NCBI RefSeq assembly: GCF_023585745.1
Contig: NZ_CP097762.1
Location: 540,001-572,000 of the forward strand
DNA: 32,000 bases
Origin: Candidatus Saccharimonadota bacterium
GTDB taxonomy: Bacteria; Pseudomonadota; Gammaproteobacteria; Enterobacterales; Enterobacteriaceae
Reading direction: 5' to 3'
Shown: in pieces, positions 11,252 through 22,898 of the stretch
Layout: each line of letters begins with the position of its first letter
Position numbering within the stretch: position 1 is the stretch's first letter
Notes under the pieces: generated by a model
The model's database searches: none
What the model saw: the letters and a program-made list of their open reading frames with translations, nothing else
Told to the model about the DNA's origin: nothing
Translations under genes and position numbers: made by a program

Positions 11252-11754
11252 ACATTGACCAAATAATAATAATAAATTTTATAAAAACTTTTTTGATATT
11301 ATTAATAATTTATTCATACAATGCAAAATTAACTTAATATTCTAACTAATTATTATATCATATAATATTCCTATATTTAATCACACTATCTGAAGTTAAC
11401 ATTATAAAAACCTAATTATAATATTATATTAATAAAATATAATGATATAAACCTATACTATTATAATAATGTTTATCAATATAAAATTCTTAATATTCTA
11501 ATAATGCAATTTTTTAATTATAGAAATAACTGAAAAATTACGATTTTATTGCAATACCATACATAAACAATCTTGATTTATATTAAACATAAATATTAAT
11601 TTACATTACAAAAAATTTTTTATCACATAATCTATGTGCATACAGACAATCATGTTAATTATGACTAATATATTATAATAATATCTTAATATAATTAAGA
11701 ATTATCTTTATAAATAATATTCTTCAGACAATGCTTTAAATAAGTAACTGTTTG

Positions 11755-13032
11755 TCATATATAACAAACATCTATTTGTTTTAAAACTGGACTTACAGCA
11801 TAAAACGATCCAAACACTACTATACAATCTTCACATGATGAATCTAATACTGCTTTGTTTAAAGCATCTAATATACTATCAAATTTTTGAACATTACAAT
11901 TTATTAAATATTTAGAAAAATCTGAACAACTAGCAGAAAACGGTGTATTTAAACTCGCACAATACCAAAAATTTACTACAGAACGTAAATAATAAATAGT
12001 TCCTGAAATATCTTTATGTTTTAGCATGCCTATAACCATTCTTATGGTACCTAATTTTTTTGAAAAAAAAACAACTAATTTTTTAATTAGAAAATTAGCA
12101 GCATGCGGATTATGCCCAACATCTAATATGATAGTCGGTTTTTTCCTAATAATCTGAAAACGCCCAGGCAAAAACGCTGACTCTAACCCTGCGTGTATCT
12201 CCGATTTAGATATCAAAAAACTTGATTGTTTTAACGCGCTTAATGCAACAGCAGCATTTTCTACGGGAATTTTCGGAATCGGTAAATTATCATATATTAA
12301 TTTATAATTATCTGCTTTACTCCACCAAGACCATTGGTTTTTAAAAACTTGAAAATCCCAATCACGTCCTCTTATGAAGAGAGAAGTTTTAAAAAAATTA
12401 GCCCTCTCAATAAGAGAGTATGGACAATCACTATCACCAATTATTGCTGGTTTATTAAATCGAAATATTCCAGATTTTTCTCGTGCAATCATTTCACGAC
12501 TGTTACCTAAAAATTCAGTATGATCTATTCCGATATTTGTAATAACAGAAATATCAGCATTAACAACATTAGCAGCATCTAATCTGCCACCCAATCCAAT
12601 TTCAAGGATGACTACATCTAATGTATATTGTTTAAATATATATAAAGCAGACAAAGTAATAAATTCAAAATAAGTTAATTTGATAAAACCACGAGCCTTT
12701 TCTATAGTTGAAAACGCTTCAACATGAATACTATCTGATAATTCTCTACCACAAACTCGAACTCTTTCGTTATAAGATAATAAATGAGGAGATGTATACA
12801 AACCAACCGTAGTATTATTACGCAATAATATAGTTTCTAGAACACAACACGTAGTTCCTTTTCCATTGGTACCGCCCACTAATATTACATACTCTGCTGG
12901 ATGAATTAAATCAAGAGCTATAGCTAAAGCACGTACTCTATTAAGATTTAAATCAATAGTTGCACTATGCAAATTCTCAATATAAAGCAACCATTCTATT
13001 AAAGACGACTGCGCAGTAACAACTATGTTCAT
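11755..13032 (-). CDS. folC: Bifunctional dihydrofolate synthase / folylpolyglutamate synthase
   Basis: 425-aa ORF. WLLYIENLH, P-loop GGTNGKGTT, LGGRLDA and LPGRFQI are collinear with E. coli FolC (422 aa). It sits next to accD as in E. coli. Confidence 0.93.
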   Translation of the reverse strand: MNIVVTAQSSLIEWLLYIENLHSATIDLNLNRVRALAIALDLIHPAEYVILVGGTNGKGTTCCVLETILLRNNTTVGLYTSPHLLSYNERVRVCGRELSDSIHVEAFSTIEKARGFIKLTYFEFITLSALYIFKQYTLDVVILEIGLGGRLDAANVVNADISVITNIGIDHTEFLGNSREMIAREKSGIFRFNKPAIIGDSDCPYSLIERANFFKTSLFIRGRDWDFQVFKNQWSWWSKADNYKLIYDNLPIPKIPVENAAVALSALKQSSFLISKSEIHAGLESAFLPGRFQIIRKKPTIILDVGHNPHAANFLIKKLVVFFSKKLGTIRMVIGMLKHKDISGTIYYLRSVVNFWYCASLNTPFSASCSDFSKYLINCNVQKFDSILDALNKAVLDSSCEDCIVVFGSFYAVSPVLKQIDVCYI

Positions 13033-13092
13033 TAAAAAATCTCATATATAGTAATTATATAATAATAAGATATAAATAATTAAATAAAAAAA

Positions 13093-13965
13093 TCAATTAA
13101 AAACCTTTGGGACTGGTTGTTGAGTCAACTTCGCTAATAAACTTGCTATTTTATATCTTAAATCCAATCTACGTACAATTAAATCAATCGCGCCTTTTTG
13201 TAATAAAAATTCACTTTTTTGAAATTCTAATGGTAATTTTTCCCGAACAGTCTGAGCAATAACTCTAGGACCAGCAAACCCTATAAGTGCTTTAGGCTCA
13301 GCAATATTTATATCGCCTAACATAGCTAAACTAGCGGACACCCCCCCCATAGTAGGATTAGTTAAAACAGAAATATATGGTAAACACTCTATATATAGAT
13401 TAGCTAACGCTGCGCTAGTTCTAGCCATCTGCATTAAAGATATAAAAGCCTCTTGCATTCTAGCACCCCCGCTAGCAGAAAAACAAACTAAAGGACATCT
13501 TAAAGACAAAGCTCTGTTTACTGCTAGCACAAAACGTGCTCCTACTACTGAAGACATAGATCCGCCTATAAAATCAAATTCAAATGCCGCAACAACAATG
13601 TTCATACCATATAATTTACCTTGCATTACTACTAATGCATCTTTTTCTTTTGTTATTTTTTGTGCTAAGATCAATCGATCTTTATATTTTTTTAAATCTT
13701 TAAATTTTAAAATATCTTTAGGACTTAATTCAATAGCTAATTCCGACGCACTTTTTGGATCTAAAAAGGATAATAAACGAACCCGAGCTGAAATTTTCAT
13801 GTGATTATCACATTTAGGACATACTTCTAAATTACGCTCTAATTCTTTTTTATATAGCAATTGCCCACACAAATCACATTTGGTCCATATACCCTCTGGA
13901 ATTTTTTTTTTGCGAGTCGGTATAATTGTCTTCTTGCTAAGAATACGTTCAATCCAGCTCATCAT
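13093..13965 (-). CDS. accD: Acetyl-CoA carboxylase carboxyltransferase beta subunit
   Basis: MMSWIERI...[35 protein letters not shown] (zinc finger) matches E. coli AccD. The second ATG (13962) has better SD spacing and matches the E. coli start MSWIERI. Confidence 0.95.
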   Translation of the reverse strand: MMSWIERILSKKTIIPTRKKKIPEGIWTKCDLCGQLLYKKELERNLEVCPKCDNHMKISARVRLLSFLDPKSASELAIELSPKDILKFKDLKKYKDRLILAQKITKEKDALVVMQGKLYGMNIVVAAFEFDFIGGSMSSVVGARFVLAVNRALSLRCPLVCFSASGGARMQEAFISLMQMARTSAALANLYIECLPYISVLTNPTMGGVSASLAMLGDINIAEPKALIGFAGPRVIAQTVREKLPLEFQKSEFLLQKGAIDLIVRRLDLRYKIASLLAKLTQQPVPKVFN

Positions 13966-14240
13966 AAACCTTATATAAAAGAAATGACATTTTCTTTACT
14001 CTAAATAAAAAATTGCATAATCTTATCTACATAAGATAAAACTATTATACAATAATATATTATCTTATTTTCAATAATCATTGACTTGAATAAATATCCA
14101 CGCCAATAAACTATAAAAATAAAATTAATACAACAAAAAATTATTTATAAAAATTTTTATAAAATATCAATATAATTTTACCATAATTCTATCTAAATAA
14201 TATTACAAAACTCTAACAATAAATATACATAGAGCATTCA

Positions 14241-15032
14241 TTAGTATTCCGGTAATAACTCATCTACACCCGATGAAGGAATAGAAAAATGCATAGGATA
14301 TTTTACTTCTAGAAAATATAACCCACTAGATGGAGCTATAAAACTGACTGCATCCGCCTTGCCACAACTTTTTAATACTTCTAATATCCAGATTTCAGGT
14401 TTTTCTCCGCAACCTACTCTTACTAAACAACTTACAATTTTTCTGACCATATGATACATAAAAGAATTAGCCTTAACATCTATAATAACATATTGTCCTT
14501 TACGTATAACATGTAGATGATACATTCTTCGGTATGTAGAGCGAGATTGACATCCTTCAGAGCGAAAGGCAGAAAAATCATTCTCTCCTAATAAATACTT
14601 AGCAGCATTAATCATTTTATTAATATCTAAGTATTTCTTATAATGCCAAGTCTTCTGAAATAACAATGCAGATCTTATGCAACTATTGTATATAATATAA
14701 CAATAACGACGAGATATTGCACTAAAACGCGCATGAAAATCCTTATCCACTGGTTTTACCCAACGAACACAAATACTTGATGGCAAATAATGATTGACTC
14801 CTAATATCCAAGCAGATTGTTCACGTTGTACATTAGTTTCAAAATGCACCACTTGTCCTAACGCATGAACTCCAGAATCAGTACGACCTGCACAAAAAAT
14901 TGTTATTGATTCAGATGATACTTTTTTTAAAGCTCTTTCTACACAATATTGTACACTAAGAGAATTTTTTTGTTTTTGCCAACCACAATATTCAGTGCCA
15001 TCATATTCAATACCTAAAGCTAGTCGTATCAT
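14241..15032 (-). CDS. truA: tRNA pseudouridine(38-40) synthase
   Basis: 263-aa ORF. LALGIEYDGTEYCGWQKQ and CAGRTDSGVHALGQVVHFET (catalytic Asp motif) match E. coli TruA. Confidence 0.94.
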   Translation of the reverse strand: MIRLALGIEYDGTEYCGWQKQKNSLSVQYCVERALKKVSSESITIFCAGRTDSGVHALGQVVHFETNVQREQSAWILGVNHYLPSSICVRWVKPVDKDFHARFSAISRRYCYIIYNSCIRSALLFQKTWHYKKYLDINKMINAAKYLLGENDFSAFRSEGCQSRSTYRRMYHLHVIRKGQYVIIDVKANSFMYHMVRKIVSCLVRVGCGEKPEIWILEVLKSCGKADAVSFIAPSSGLYFLEVKYPMHFSIPSSGVDELLPEY

Positions 15033-15496
15033 AATGTTTAAATTAAACGCATTTTTAAACTATTATTATAATATTAATTTCCCCATCTAAAAATAAATAG
15101 AATATGTGTAAAATACCACTAGCCAATCATTAAAATAATTATAAAAATTACATTAATTTTTATAAAAATTATTACAATTTGTTTCTTAAACAAACTATGT
15201 GTATTTATCTTAACAATTACTAAAAATTATGATACTTATATAAATGTGAGATATTCCATACACAATATAAAAATAGAATTTTTCACATTACCTAATGTAA
15301 CATAAAATAAAAATCTAATAACAAAATTAATATTAATAAAACTATATTTTAGTTATATGTAATATCTATAATTTCAACAGAAAACCCTTCATTTTAGTAA
15401 TTAATTACATATAAATGATGTATAAAAATTTCTGTAAAAAATTGATATTATCTATAAAATCATAAAACTATGAAATATAATATTTTATATATTTAA

Positions 15497-16621
15497 TTAC
15501 ACAACACTAAAACCTAATTTTATTAACATTTCATAAATACAATCTACACAAGTCTTGACACACAAAGATGACCACTCTCTCCGAGATGCATAACAACTAC
15601 GTATTCTATCAAAACCTCCTAATACATTAGCAAAATTTCTTAACATATTATCGTCATAATTTATATTATAAATTAACTTAATTAATCTATTTAATAAAAT
15701 TTCATCCAATTTTTCTTTTACTTGTATATCATGAATAATAGAACGACCTAACACAGATATATTCTCTGTCTCTAAATCAGAGAATCCAAAAAAATTGCAA
15801 TACTCATTATATACCCGCATTATGCTACGAATTTTGCTCTCAATAGTATAACCAGCTATATGTGGAGTACCAAGATCTACATACGATAATAAAGGAACTG
15901 ATACTATTGGTTCTGATTCCCACACATCTAAAACAACATTTAATTTTTTACCATTTTTTAAAATTTTTAATAATGCGCTGTTGTCTATAACAGCGCCTCT
16001 ACAGGTATTTATTAAAATACTGTTATCAGGTAAAGCATCTAAAACATCAAAATCGACCATATGCCATGTAGGATAATACCCCTCCATAATTAATGGAGTA
16101 TGTAAAGTTAAGATATCCACTTCTGACACTAATTTTTCAAAAGATTTCCAAGATTCGCTGGTATTTAATTTTTCTAATGGAGGATCGCATAATAAAGTCT
16201 GCACACCGAAACTACATAATCTTTTATTCAATAAACTTCCAATATTACCAACCCCTACAATTCCAATCACCTTGTCACGTAAAAAAAAATTATCACGCGA
16301 TGCTAACCAAAATAATGCTGCAAAAACATATTCCACTACTGCTACTGCATTACTTCCAGGAGTATATACAAAATTAATCCCACAATCCTTCAAATAATTA
16401 CAATCAACATGATCGATGCCAGAAGTTACAGTACCTATAAATTTTATAGCACTATTATTTAACAAAATTTCATTAACTTGAGTGATAGAACGTACTATTA
16501 ATATATCTACGTCTTTAACATCTCTATTACTAATAGAACGACCTTCACATAATTTTACTATATTATGCAAACCAAATAACCTATTAATATAGGGTATATG
16601 CTTATCAGCTAAAATCCTCAA
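15497..16621 (-). CDS. pdxB: Erythronate-4-phosphate dehydrogenase
   Basis: 374-aa ORF collinear with E. coli PdxB ([37 protein letters not shown]). The start codon read from the sequence is TTG (16619-16621), preceded by AAGGAG at a 7-nt spacing. Confidence 0.93.
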   Translation of the reverse strand: MRILADKHIPYINRLFGLHNIVKLCEGRSISNRDVKDVDILIVRSITQVNEILLNNSAIKFIGTVTSGIDHVDCNYLKDCGINFVYTPGSNAVAVVEYVFAALFWLASRDNFFLRDKVIGIVGVGNIGSLLNKRLCSFGVQTLLCDPPLEKLNTSESWKSFEKLVSEVDILTLHTPLIMEGYYPTWHMVDFDVLDALPDNSILINTCRGAVIDNSALLKILKNGKKLNVVLDVWESEPIVSVPLLSYVDLGTPHIAGYTIESKIRSIMRVYNEYCNFFGFSDLETENISVLGRSIIHDIQVKEKLDEILLNRLIKLIYNINYDDNMLRNFANVLGGFDRIRSCYASRREWSSLCVKTCVDCIYEMLIKLGFSVV

Positions 16622-16699
16622 AATAATCTCCTTAACTACTCTCCTCTATATAAAATAAATAATAAGTAATTTTAAATTATTTTTATTTAATATAAAACA

Positions 16700-16751
16700 A
16701 CAACCCCTTCCAATAGGGATACATTATATTGCTATGTTATAGCAATATAAT
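16700..16751 (-). terminator. Possible fabB terminator region: a 13-bp AT-rich hairpin followed by a short CCCT/AGGG hairpin and a T-rich tail (minus sense)
   Basis: 16723-16735 attatattgctat and 16739-16751 atagcaatataat are perfect reverse complements with a 3-nt loop. Downstream in the minus sense is ccctattggaagggg, then ttgttgtttta. The stems are weak and there is no canonical U-run. Confidence 0.3.
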
Positions 16752-16934
16752 TTATTGACGATATCATAAAATTTCCAAATTTTATTTTGACAAAATTCCA
16801 ATATTTATTACTAATAATAAACTATATTTTTCAATAAAATAATCAATGTTTAAATAAAAAATACCAAAATATATTTTTTCACTTATATCAATAAGAACTA
16901 ATTAAATTATTTAACATTACTGATGGTCAATATA

Positions 16935-18152
16935 CTAATTATGTTTTTTCATCACTAAAGTAGCATTAGTTCCTCCAAAACCAAAACTATTACTCATAAC
17001 AGTATTTAATTTACAAAAAATAGATTTATTAACAATAATTTTCATATTATTTATGTATGGGTCCAAATTATTTATATTAATGCTTGGAGCAATAAAATTA
17101 TTTTCTAACATTAATAAAGTAAAAATAATCTCATGTACTCCCGCCGCACCCAATGAATGACCAGTTATTGATTTAGTAGAAGAAAACGCAGGATGTTTAT
17201 TACCAAAGGTTTCACGGATTGCCCAAATTTCTTTAATATCACCTATTTGAGTCGATGTTCCATGTACATTTAAATAATCTATTGGAGTATTTATATCACA
17301 CAAAGCTAATTTCATGCATCGCATCGCCCCTTCTCCAGAAGGCACAACCATGTCACATCCATCTGATGTAGCACCATATCCAATAATTTCTGCATAAATA
17401 TGAGCGCCACGACTTACAGCATGTGTCAATTCCTCAACTACAACAATTCCGCCGCCTCCAGCAATTACAAAACCATCTCGATCAATATCATAAGGACGAG
17501 ATGCCATTGCTGGCGCTATATTGTATTTAGTAGATAATGCACCCATCGCATCAAATTCACATGCCATTTCCCAACATAATTCCTCTCCACCTCCAGCAAA
17601 AATAATATCTTGTTTTCCTAATTGGATTAACTCAAATGCATTGCCAATACAATGTGTAGATGTAGCGCACGCAGAACTTATAGAATAACTGACGCCTCGA
17701 ATTTTAAACGCCGTCGATAAACAAGCAGATACGCCGGACGCCATAGATTTCGTCACCATATAAGGACCAACACCTCTTAACCCGCGCAAACGCATTCCAT
17801 CAGATCCAGATACTTGATTATGCGGTGAACCTCCACCAGAACCTACTATCAATCCTGTTTTATTATTACTAATCATATTTAAAGATAACCCAGAATCTGC
17901 AATTGCTTGCTCCATAGATAAATATGTATAAACAGCTGCATCACTCATAAATCGAGCCACTTTTCTATCAATCAATTTTTCTATATTTAATTGCTTAATA
18001 CAACCCCATACATGACTGCGCATACCAGATTCTTTTAATTCTTGAGAAAAAGTAATGCCAGAACGACCATTTTGTAAAGCTGTTAAAACCTCATGTTTAT
18101 TATTTCCAATACTTGATATAATCCCTAAACCAGTTATAACAACACGTTTCAT
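16935..18152 (-). CDS. fabB: 3-oxoacyl-ACP synthase I
   Basis: 405-aa [21 protein letters not shown]...[22 protein letters not shown]...SISSACATS...[14 protein letters not shown]. It is collinear with E. coli FabB (406 aa) rather than FabF. Confidence 0.95.
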   Translation of the reverse strand: MKRVVITGLGIISSIGNNKHEVLTALQNGRSGITFSQELKESGMRSHVWGCIKQLNIEKLIDRKVARFMSDAAVYTYLSMEQAIADSGLSLNMISNNKTGLIVGSGGGSPHNQVSGSDGMRLRGLRGVGPYMVTKSMASGVSACLSTAFKIRGVSYSISSACATSTHCIGNAFELIQLGKQDIIFAGGGEELCWEMACEFDAMGALSTKYNIAPAMASRPYDIDRDGFVIAGGGGIVVVEELTHAVSRGAHIYAEIIGYGATSDGCDMVVPSGEGAMRCMKLALCDINTPIDYLNVHGTSTQIGDIKEIWAIRETFGNKHPAFSSTKSITGHSLGAAGVHEIIFTLLMLENNFIAPSININNLDPYINNMKIIVNKSIFCKLNTVMSNSFGFGGTNATLVMKKHN

Positions 18153-18914
18153 TTTTAATACACCTCGCTCTCATTATAGTAACTATTCCATAATAATAAA
18201 ATGACACTTAATCTGACAAAATATCTATTTAAAATGTAATTATAGGGATTATTGATACAGAAAATAAATTTATTATAATATTATAATAAATAACTTAAAA
18301 ATATTTTTATATTAATTAAAACTAATTCTCAACACATAATACACCTTTACTTATATAAAAGTCATAACATAAACCATACTTATGGTTACGATTTTTTTAA
18401 AAAAATCAATAATTTATACACGTGATATACATAGTCTTTAATCAAATAAATAATAAATTTTTAACCATCTATATCTAATGGATTAAATAATAAAAATTAA
18501 ACATGTTATAATATTTACTTATATTATATAATCATATCTAGTACTGTATAACTTATCACTCTTTAAACGCTTATATATAATATACTCGATGAAATATCTA
18601 TCTATACTTATCTAATTCGGATATCAAATATAATATGCCAAATTAGTTTATATATAATATAATAAAATATTTATCACTAGACCACTATAATAGTAGTTAC
18701 ACATAATTTAAAGTTAAAACTAACATTTAAATTTAAATATAGCAATCCTATATATTAAACAATTCATGCATTGCATTAAATTACAAAATTTAATATATAA
18801 ATATTACCTAATTATATTAAAATAATACTTTATTAAATATCTAGAAATAGACATATGTCAAAATATTTTTCACATAAAATATTGAACCTACCATCGTGGT
18901 AAATACTGCAATTT

Positions 18915-19847
18915 ATGAAAAACGTAAAAACAGAAAAATTAACAGAAATAATAACAATATTAGACATATTACGGTGGAGTAGCAGTAAATTTAATTCTGT
19001 CCCTATTTGTTATGGACATGGTACTGACAATTTTTGGGACGAAACGCTACATCTAATTCTCAGTGGTTTAAATTTACCTATAAATATTCCAACTGAAATG
19101 TATCACGCCCGATTAACTACAAAAGAACGCAATAAATTAATACAATTAGTTTTTCGTCGAATTATACAAAGAGTACCAGTCCCATATCTTGTTAATAAAG
19201 CTTGGTTTTGCGGACTAGAATTCTATGTAGATAAAAGAGTATTTATACCGCGTTCTCCAATTAGCGAATTAATTATGTCATGTTTTCATAATATATTACC
19301 TGATAAACCACATCGTATACTAGATATTGGTACCGGCAGCGGATGTATTTCGATCGCTATTGCAATGACTAATCCAAATGCTATAATAGATGCAGTAGAT
19401 ATTTCTATAGATGCACTAAAGATAGCAGAAAAAAACATTAAATACTATAATTTAGAAAATCGTATTACTCCTATACATTCTGATATATTTAGCAATATAC
19501 TAAAACTAAAGTATGATTTAATAATCACTAACCCTCCTTATGTAAATAGTACAGATATATATAAATTACCAAAAGAATTTCTTTATGAACCTATAATAGC
19601 TTTATCCGCAAATAAAAAAGGCCTCAGTATCATTAATAAAATCCTTAAGAATGCGATACACCATTTAAATCAAAATGGTATTTTAATATGTGAAGTAGGT
19701 GTAGCTAAAACGGCATTAATAGAACATTATCCTAATGTACCATTTCAGTGGTTACAATTTACTAATGGCGGAGAAAATGTATTTATGTTGAATTATGAAC
19801 AAATATTATCTTTTCATTACCACACATTTACAATGAGGAATATTTAA
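18915..19847 (+). CDS. prmB: Ribosomal protein L3 glutamine N5-methyltransferase
   Basis: 310-aa [46 protein letters not shown] and TNPPYV (NPPY motif) are collinear with E. coli PrmB (310 aa). It lies immediately upstream of aroC, as in the E. coli operon. Confidence 0.92.
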   Translation: MKNVKTEKLTEIITILDILRWSSSKFNSVPICYGHGTDNFWDETLHLILSGLNLPINIPTEMYHARLTTKERNKLIQLVFRRIIQRVPVPYLVNKAWFCGLEFYVDKRVFIPRSPISELIMSCFHNILPDKPHRILDIGTGSGCISIAIAMTNPNAIIDAVDISIDALKIAEKNIKYYNLENRITPIHSDIFSNILKLKYDLIITNPPYVNSTDIYKLPKEFLYEPIIALSANKKGLSIINKILKNAIHHLNQNGILICEVGVAKTALIEHYPNVPFQWLQFTNGGENVFMLNYEQILSFHYHTFTMRNI

Positions 19848-19849
19848 TC

Positions 19850-20923
19850 ATGGCTGGAAACAGTATTGGACAAATTTTTAGAGTTACGACATGCGGAGAA
19901 TCACATGGTCCTGCGTTAAGTGGTATTATTGATGGCATGCCACCTAATTTTCCTTTAACAGAAAAAGACCTACAATATGATCTAAATAGAAGAAGACCAG
20001 GATCTTCCTCGTATACTACTACAAGATCAGAATTAGATATAGTGAAAATTTTATCTGGAGTGTTCAAAGGAAAAACAACTGGTACTAGTATTGGTTTAAT
20101 GATACAAAATACTGATCAAAGATCCCAAGACTATGAAAATCTTAAATACTTATATAGACCTGGTCATGCAGATTACACATATGAAAAAAAATATGGATTA
20201 AGAGATTATCGAGGCGGTGGACGTGCATCAGCTCGTGAAACAGCTATGAGAGTAGCAGCAGGAGCTATAGCTAAAAAATATCTTCTAAATCAACATAATA
20301 TAAAAATTCGAGGATTTTTAGCGCAAATTGGTAATATACACTGTACTCTACAAGATTGGAAACAAGTAAATAAAAATCCATTTTTTTGCCCAAATACTGA
20401 ACAACTAAGTATATTAGATAAATTAATAACAAACTTAAAAAAAACTGGAGATTCTATTGGAGCTAAAATAACAATAGTAGCAGAAAATATACCTATAGGA
20501 TTAGGCGAGCCTGTATTTGATAGACTTGATGCAAGTTTAGCGCATGCAATTATGAGTATTAATGCAGTAAAAGGCATAGAAATTGGAGATGGTTTTTCAG
20601 TAGTCACACAACATGGAAGCGAACACCGAGATCAAATTACATCAAATGGATTTAAAAGTAATCATGCTGGTGGCATATTAGGTGGTATTAGTAATGGACA
20701 ACCTATTATTATGAATATTGCTATAAAACCAACATCTAGTATTAGCATACCAGGAAAAACTATTACAAATACTAATGAAAATGTAGAAATTATTGTAACT
20801 GGTAGACATGATCCTTGTATTGGAATAAGAGTTATTCCAATAGCAGAGGCTATGACATCTATTATTTTAATGGATCATTTATTGAGATACCGAGCGCAAT
20901 GCGGGACACAACATCATATATAA
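19850..20923 (+). CDS. aroC: Chorismate synthase
   Basis: 357-aa [26 protein letters not shown]...[20 protein letters not shown]...TGRHDPC. Classical AroC signatures, with an SD (GAGGA) inside the prmB 3' end. Confidence 0.96.
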   Translation: MAGNSIGQIFRVTTCGESHGPALSGIIDGMPPNFPLTEKDLQYDLNRRRPGSSSYTTTRSELDIVKILSGVFKGKTTGTSIGLMIQNTDQRSQDYENLKYLYRPGHADYTYEKKYGLRDYRGGGRASARETAMRVAAGAIAKKYLLNQHNIKIRGFLAQIGNIHCTLQDWKQVNKNPFFCPNTEQLSILDKLITNLKKTGDSIGAKITIVAENIPIGLGEPVFDRLDASLAHAIMSINAVKGIEIGDGFSVVTQHGSEHRDQITSNGFKSNHAGGILGGISNGQPIIMNIAIKPTSSISIPGKTITNTNENVEIIVTGRHDPCIGIRVIPIAEAMTSIILMDHLLRYRAQCGTQHHI

Positions 20924-21090
20924 TTATGAAAAAATTTCAATTTAACATTACTAATAGAAATAAAAATACACCGATTTTAATATATAAAATCAAAATGACT
21001 TACAAAATTTTTTAAAAAATCTAAAAAAATATTAATATTTCAAATAAAAAAACAACTGATAATGCATATTTATTTTAACAATCAAAATAT

Positions 21091-21162
21091 GTCTTCGTAG
21101 TTAAATGGATATAACAAGCCTCTCCTAAAGGCTAATTGCAGGTTCGATTCCTGTCGAAGGCA
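21091..21162 (+). tRNA. argW: tRNA-Arg (anticodon CCT)
   Basis: Hand-folded cloverleaf: acceptor GTCTTCG/CGAAGGC (one G-U pair), D stem GTTA/TAAC, anticodon stem AGCCT/AGGCT with loop CTCCTAA, T arm GCAGG-TTCGATT-CCTGT, discriminator A. 72 nt, CCA not encoded. Its position between aroC and mntH matches E. coli argW as I recall it. Confidence 0.9.
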
Positions 21163-21355
21163 TAATATATTATGAATTATATATCATAATAAACAAACAA
21201 ATTTATCTTCTAAATATAGGAATACTGCGACAAACTATATCATTAACGGAGCAGATACAAAAAATCACAATATAATTAAAAAATTAACACTCTATCCCTA
21301 GAATAACAATTCTATAAATATAGAAAATTCAAAAAAATAAAAAATAAATTTTTAT

Positions 21356-22603
21356 TTATATAAAAATACCGATTAATAAATAAATATTTAATGTAATTAC
21401 TATTATTGTGATTATCCACCCCACCAAATTAACCCATCCAGAATTTACTAATTCTTGCATTAACTTTACATCTCCAGTAAATATCAGCAACGGTATTAAT
21501 GCTAATGCAATACCAAAACTCAACAGCACTTGACTCATTATTAAAATTCTTGTGGAATCTATTCCACAAGAAATTACAATAAACGAAGGCAACATAGTAA
21601 TAATACGACGTAATAATACTGGGATATAAAAATGCACAAAACCTTGCATTACCACTTGACCCGCTAAAGTCCCAACGACTGTTGATGATAAACCTGCTGC
21701 AGTCAAACTTAAACCAAAAATTACCGCGGCGCTATGATTTAATAACGGAGATAATGTTAAATAAGCATCATCTAAATTAGATACACCAATGTGTCCGCTA
21801 TAATGAAATACTGCTGCTGCAGTTGCCATCATAGATAAATTTACAAATCCAGCAATAGTCATTGCAATAGCTACATCTAATTTTGTAGAAGAGTAGCGTT
21901 CCGCTCTACTGGCTGATACTTCATCATATTCCTGAGTTAATGAAGAATGTAAATAAATTACATGCGGCATGATTGTTGCACCTAAAACTCCTGCGGATAA
22001 AAAAACTGCTTCTTTATTAGGAATAACAGGAAATAACATACTCATTCCTAATAACATTAGTTTAGGTTTAGAATAAAATAACTCAATAACATAAGCAAAT
22101 GCTACAAACAATAGTAAACCACCAATAACAAATTCTAATGGTTTTCTTCCATAATTCTGTAAAGTTAAAATTAAAAAAGTAATTAATCCAGTCAAAAATG
22201 CCCCTTGTAACAAGGATATACCAAATAATATTTTAAACCCAATAGAAGCTCCAATAAATTCTGCTAAATCCGTAGCCATAGCAATAATTTCTGCTTGCAC
22301 CCAATACATCCACACTACAGACTTTGGAAATTGATCACGAATATGTTCTGCTAAATTCTTACCGGTAGCAATACCTAATTTTGCAGAAAGCAACTGAATT
22401 AACATAGCCATAATATTTGCCCATACTACAACCCATAATAACTGGTACCCAAAAGTAGCGCCAGCTTGAATATTAGTGGCGAAATTTCCTGGATCAATAT
22501 ATCCAATAGCAGCAATAAACGCAGGACCAAGCAACGCAAATTTAATCTTCCTTTTAGAAACAGAACCACCACGTCCATCGTTTAGATCATGCTTTTTCAG
22601 CAT
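21356..22603 (-). CDS. mntH: Divalent metal cation (Mn2+/Fe2+) transporter, NRAMP family
   Basis: [45 protein letters not shown] is nearly identical to E. coli MntH. The ORF-track start at 22618 is a TTG. The ATG at 22603 (MLKKHDL...) has GAGGG 9 nt upstream and gives 415 aa (E. coli 412). Confidence 0.94.
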   Translation of the reverse strand: MLKKHDLNDGRGGSVSKRKIKFALLGPAFIAAIGYIDPGNFATNIQAGATFGYQLLWVVVWANIMAMLIQLLSAKLGIATGKNLAEHIRDQFPKSVVWMYWVQAEIIAMATDLAEFIGASIGFKILFGISLLQGAFLTGLITFLILTLQNYGRKPLEFVIGGLLLFVAFAYVIELFYSKPKLMLLGMSMLFPVIPNKEAVFLSAGVLGATIMPHVIYLHSSLTQEYDEVSASRAERYSSTKLDVAIAMTIAGFVNLSMMATAAAVFHYSGHIGVSNLDDAYLTLSPLLNHSAAVIFGLSLTAAGLSSTVVGTLAGQVVMQGFVHFYIPVLLRRIITMLPSFIVISCGIDSTRILIMSQVLLSFGIALALIPLLIFTGDVKLMQELVNSGWVNLVGWIITIIVITLNIYLLIGIFI

Positions 22604-22898
22604 ATTTATAACCCTCAAAAATTATATTACTTAATTAACTTTACTTATTTTAATACAAATATACTGTGACAATAAATCCAAAATCAATTCAATCAATATT
22701 TGTGAAATTGTCATAAATATGATAATACCTTACTATATAAGTATAGCATAGGCTAATTTTAGAATTACAATTTTTTTAAAATTCATTAAAAATTCTTATA
22801 TAATGAAAAATTCATTTATATTCTAATACTAGATAAACAATTTTTTAATTTATATACAACACCAAAATTTAATTCTCTAATAACGGAAACAAAAAATA

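Noticed and set aside
11332-11501. 13-mer cttaatattctaa occurring twice, about 157 bp apart, in the nuoA-folC spacer
   Set aside because: A short A/T-dominated repeat with only two copies and no flanking structure. Consistent with chance in low-complexity DNA.
13598-13804. 68-aa plus-strand ORF inside accD, and likewise 16093..16377 inside pdxB
   Set aside because: Antisense shadow ORFs within conserved CDS.
14144-14163. 20-bp perfect palindrome tttataaaaatttttataaa, and similar pure A/T palindromes such as ttataaaaatta-cat-taatttttataa within about 15140-15170
   Set aside because: Composed only of A/T runs. Such symmetry is expected by chance in spacers that are almost entirely A+T, and the stems would be very weak.
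18372-18398. Terminator-like hairpin (aaccat-actt-atggtt) followed by T7 on the plus strand, in the fabB-prmB spacer
   Set aside because: There is no plus-strand gene upstream to terminate. The stem is only 6 bp, and the T7A7 tract is itself low complexity. It could be a relic but is not supportable as a feature.
19828-20607. Minus-strand ORFs 19828..20067 (79 aa) and 20290..20607 (105 aa) antisense to aroC
   Set aside because: 105 aa is long for an antisense ORF in AT-rich DNA. However, it lies wholly within a highly conserved CDS, has no SD or start context, and its product has no recognisable motif. Treated as a shadow ORF.
20815-21015. 66-aa plus-strand ORF overlapping the aroC 3' end and extending into the spacer, including a 29-codon ATG ORF at 20926
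   Set aside because: Out of frame with aroC, no SD before either ATG, and a low-complexity Lys/Asn/Ile product.
22604-22618. TTG-initiated 5-codon extension of mntH in the ORF track
   Set aside because: The ATG at 22603 has a correctly spaced GAGGG SD and matches the E. coli MntH length better.
22701-22715. CRP-like TGTGA...TCATA motif in the mntH-nupC spacer (nupC is CRP/CytR-regulated in E. coli), and GATAAT Fur-like hexamers at about 22718-22726
   Set aside because: The half-sites are separated by 5 nt, not the required 6, and the second half-site is imperfect. Isolated GATAAT hexamers are expected by chance at this base composition.
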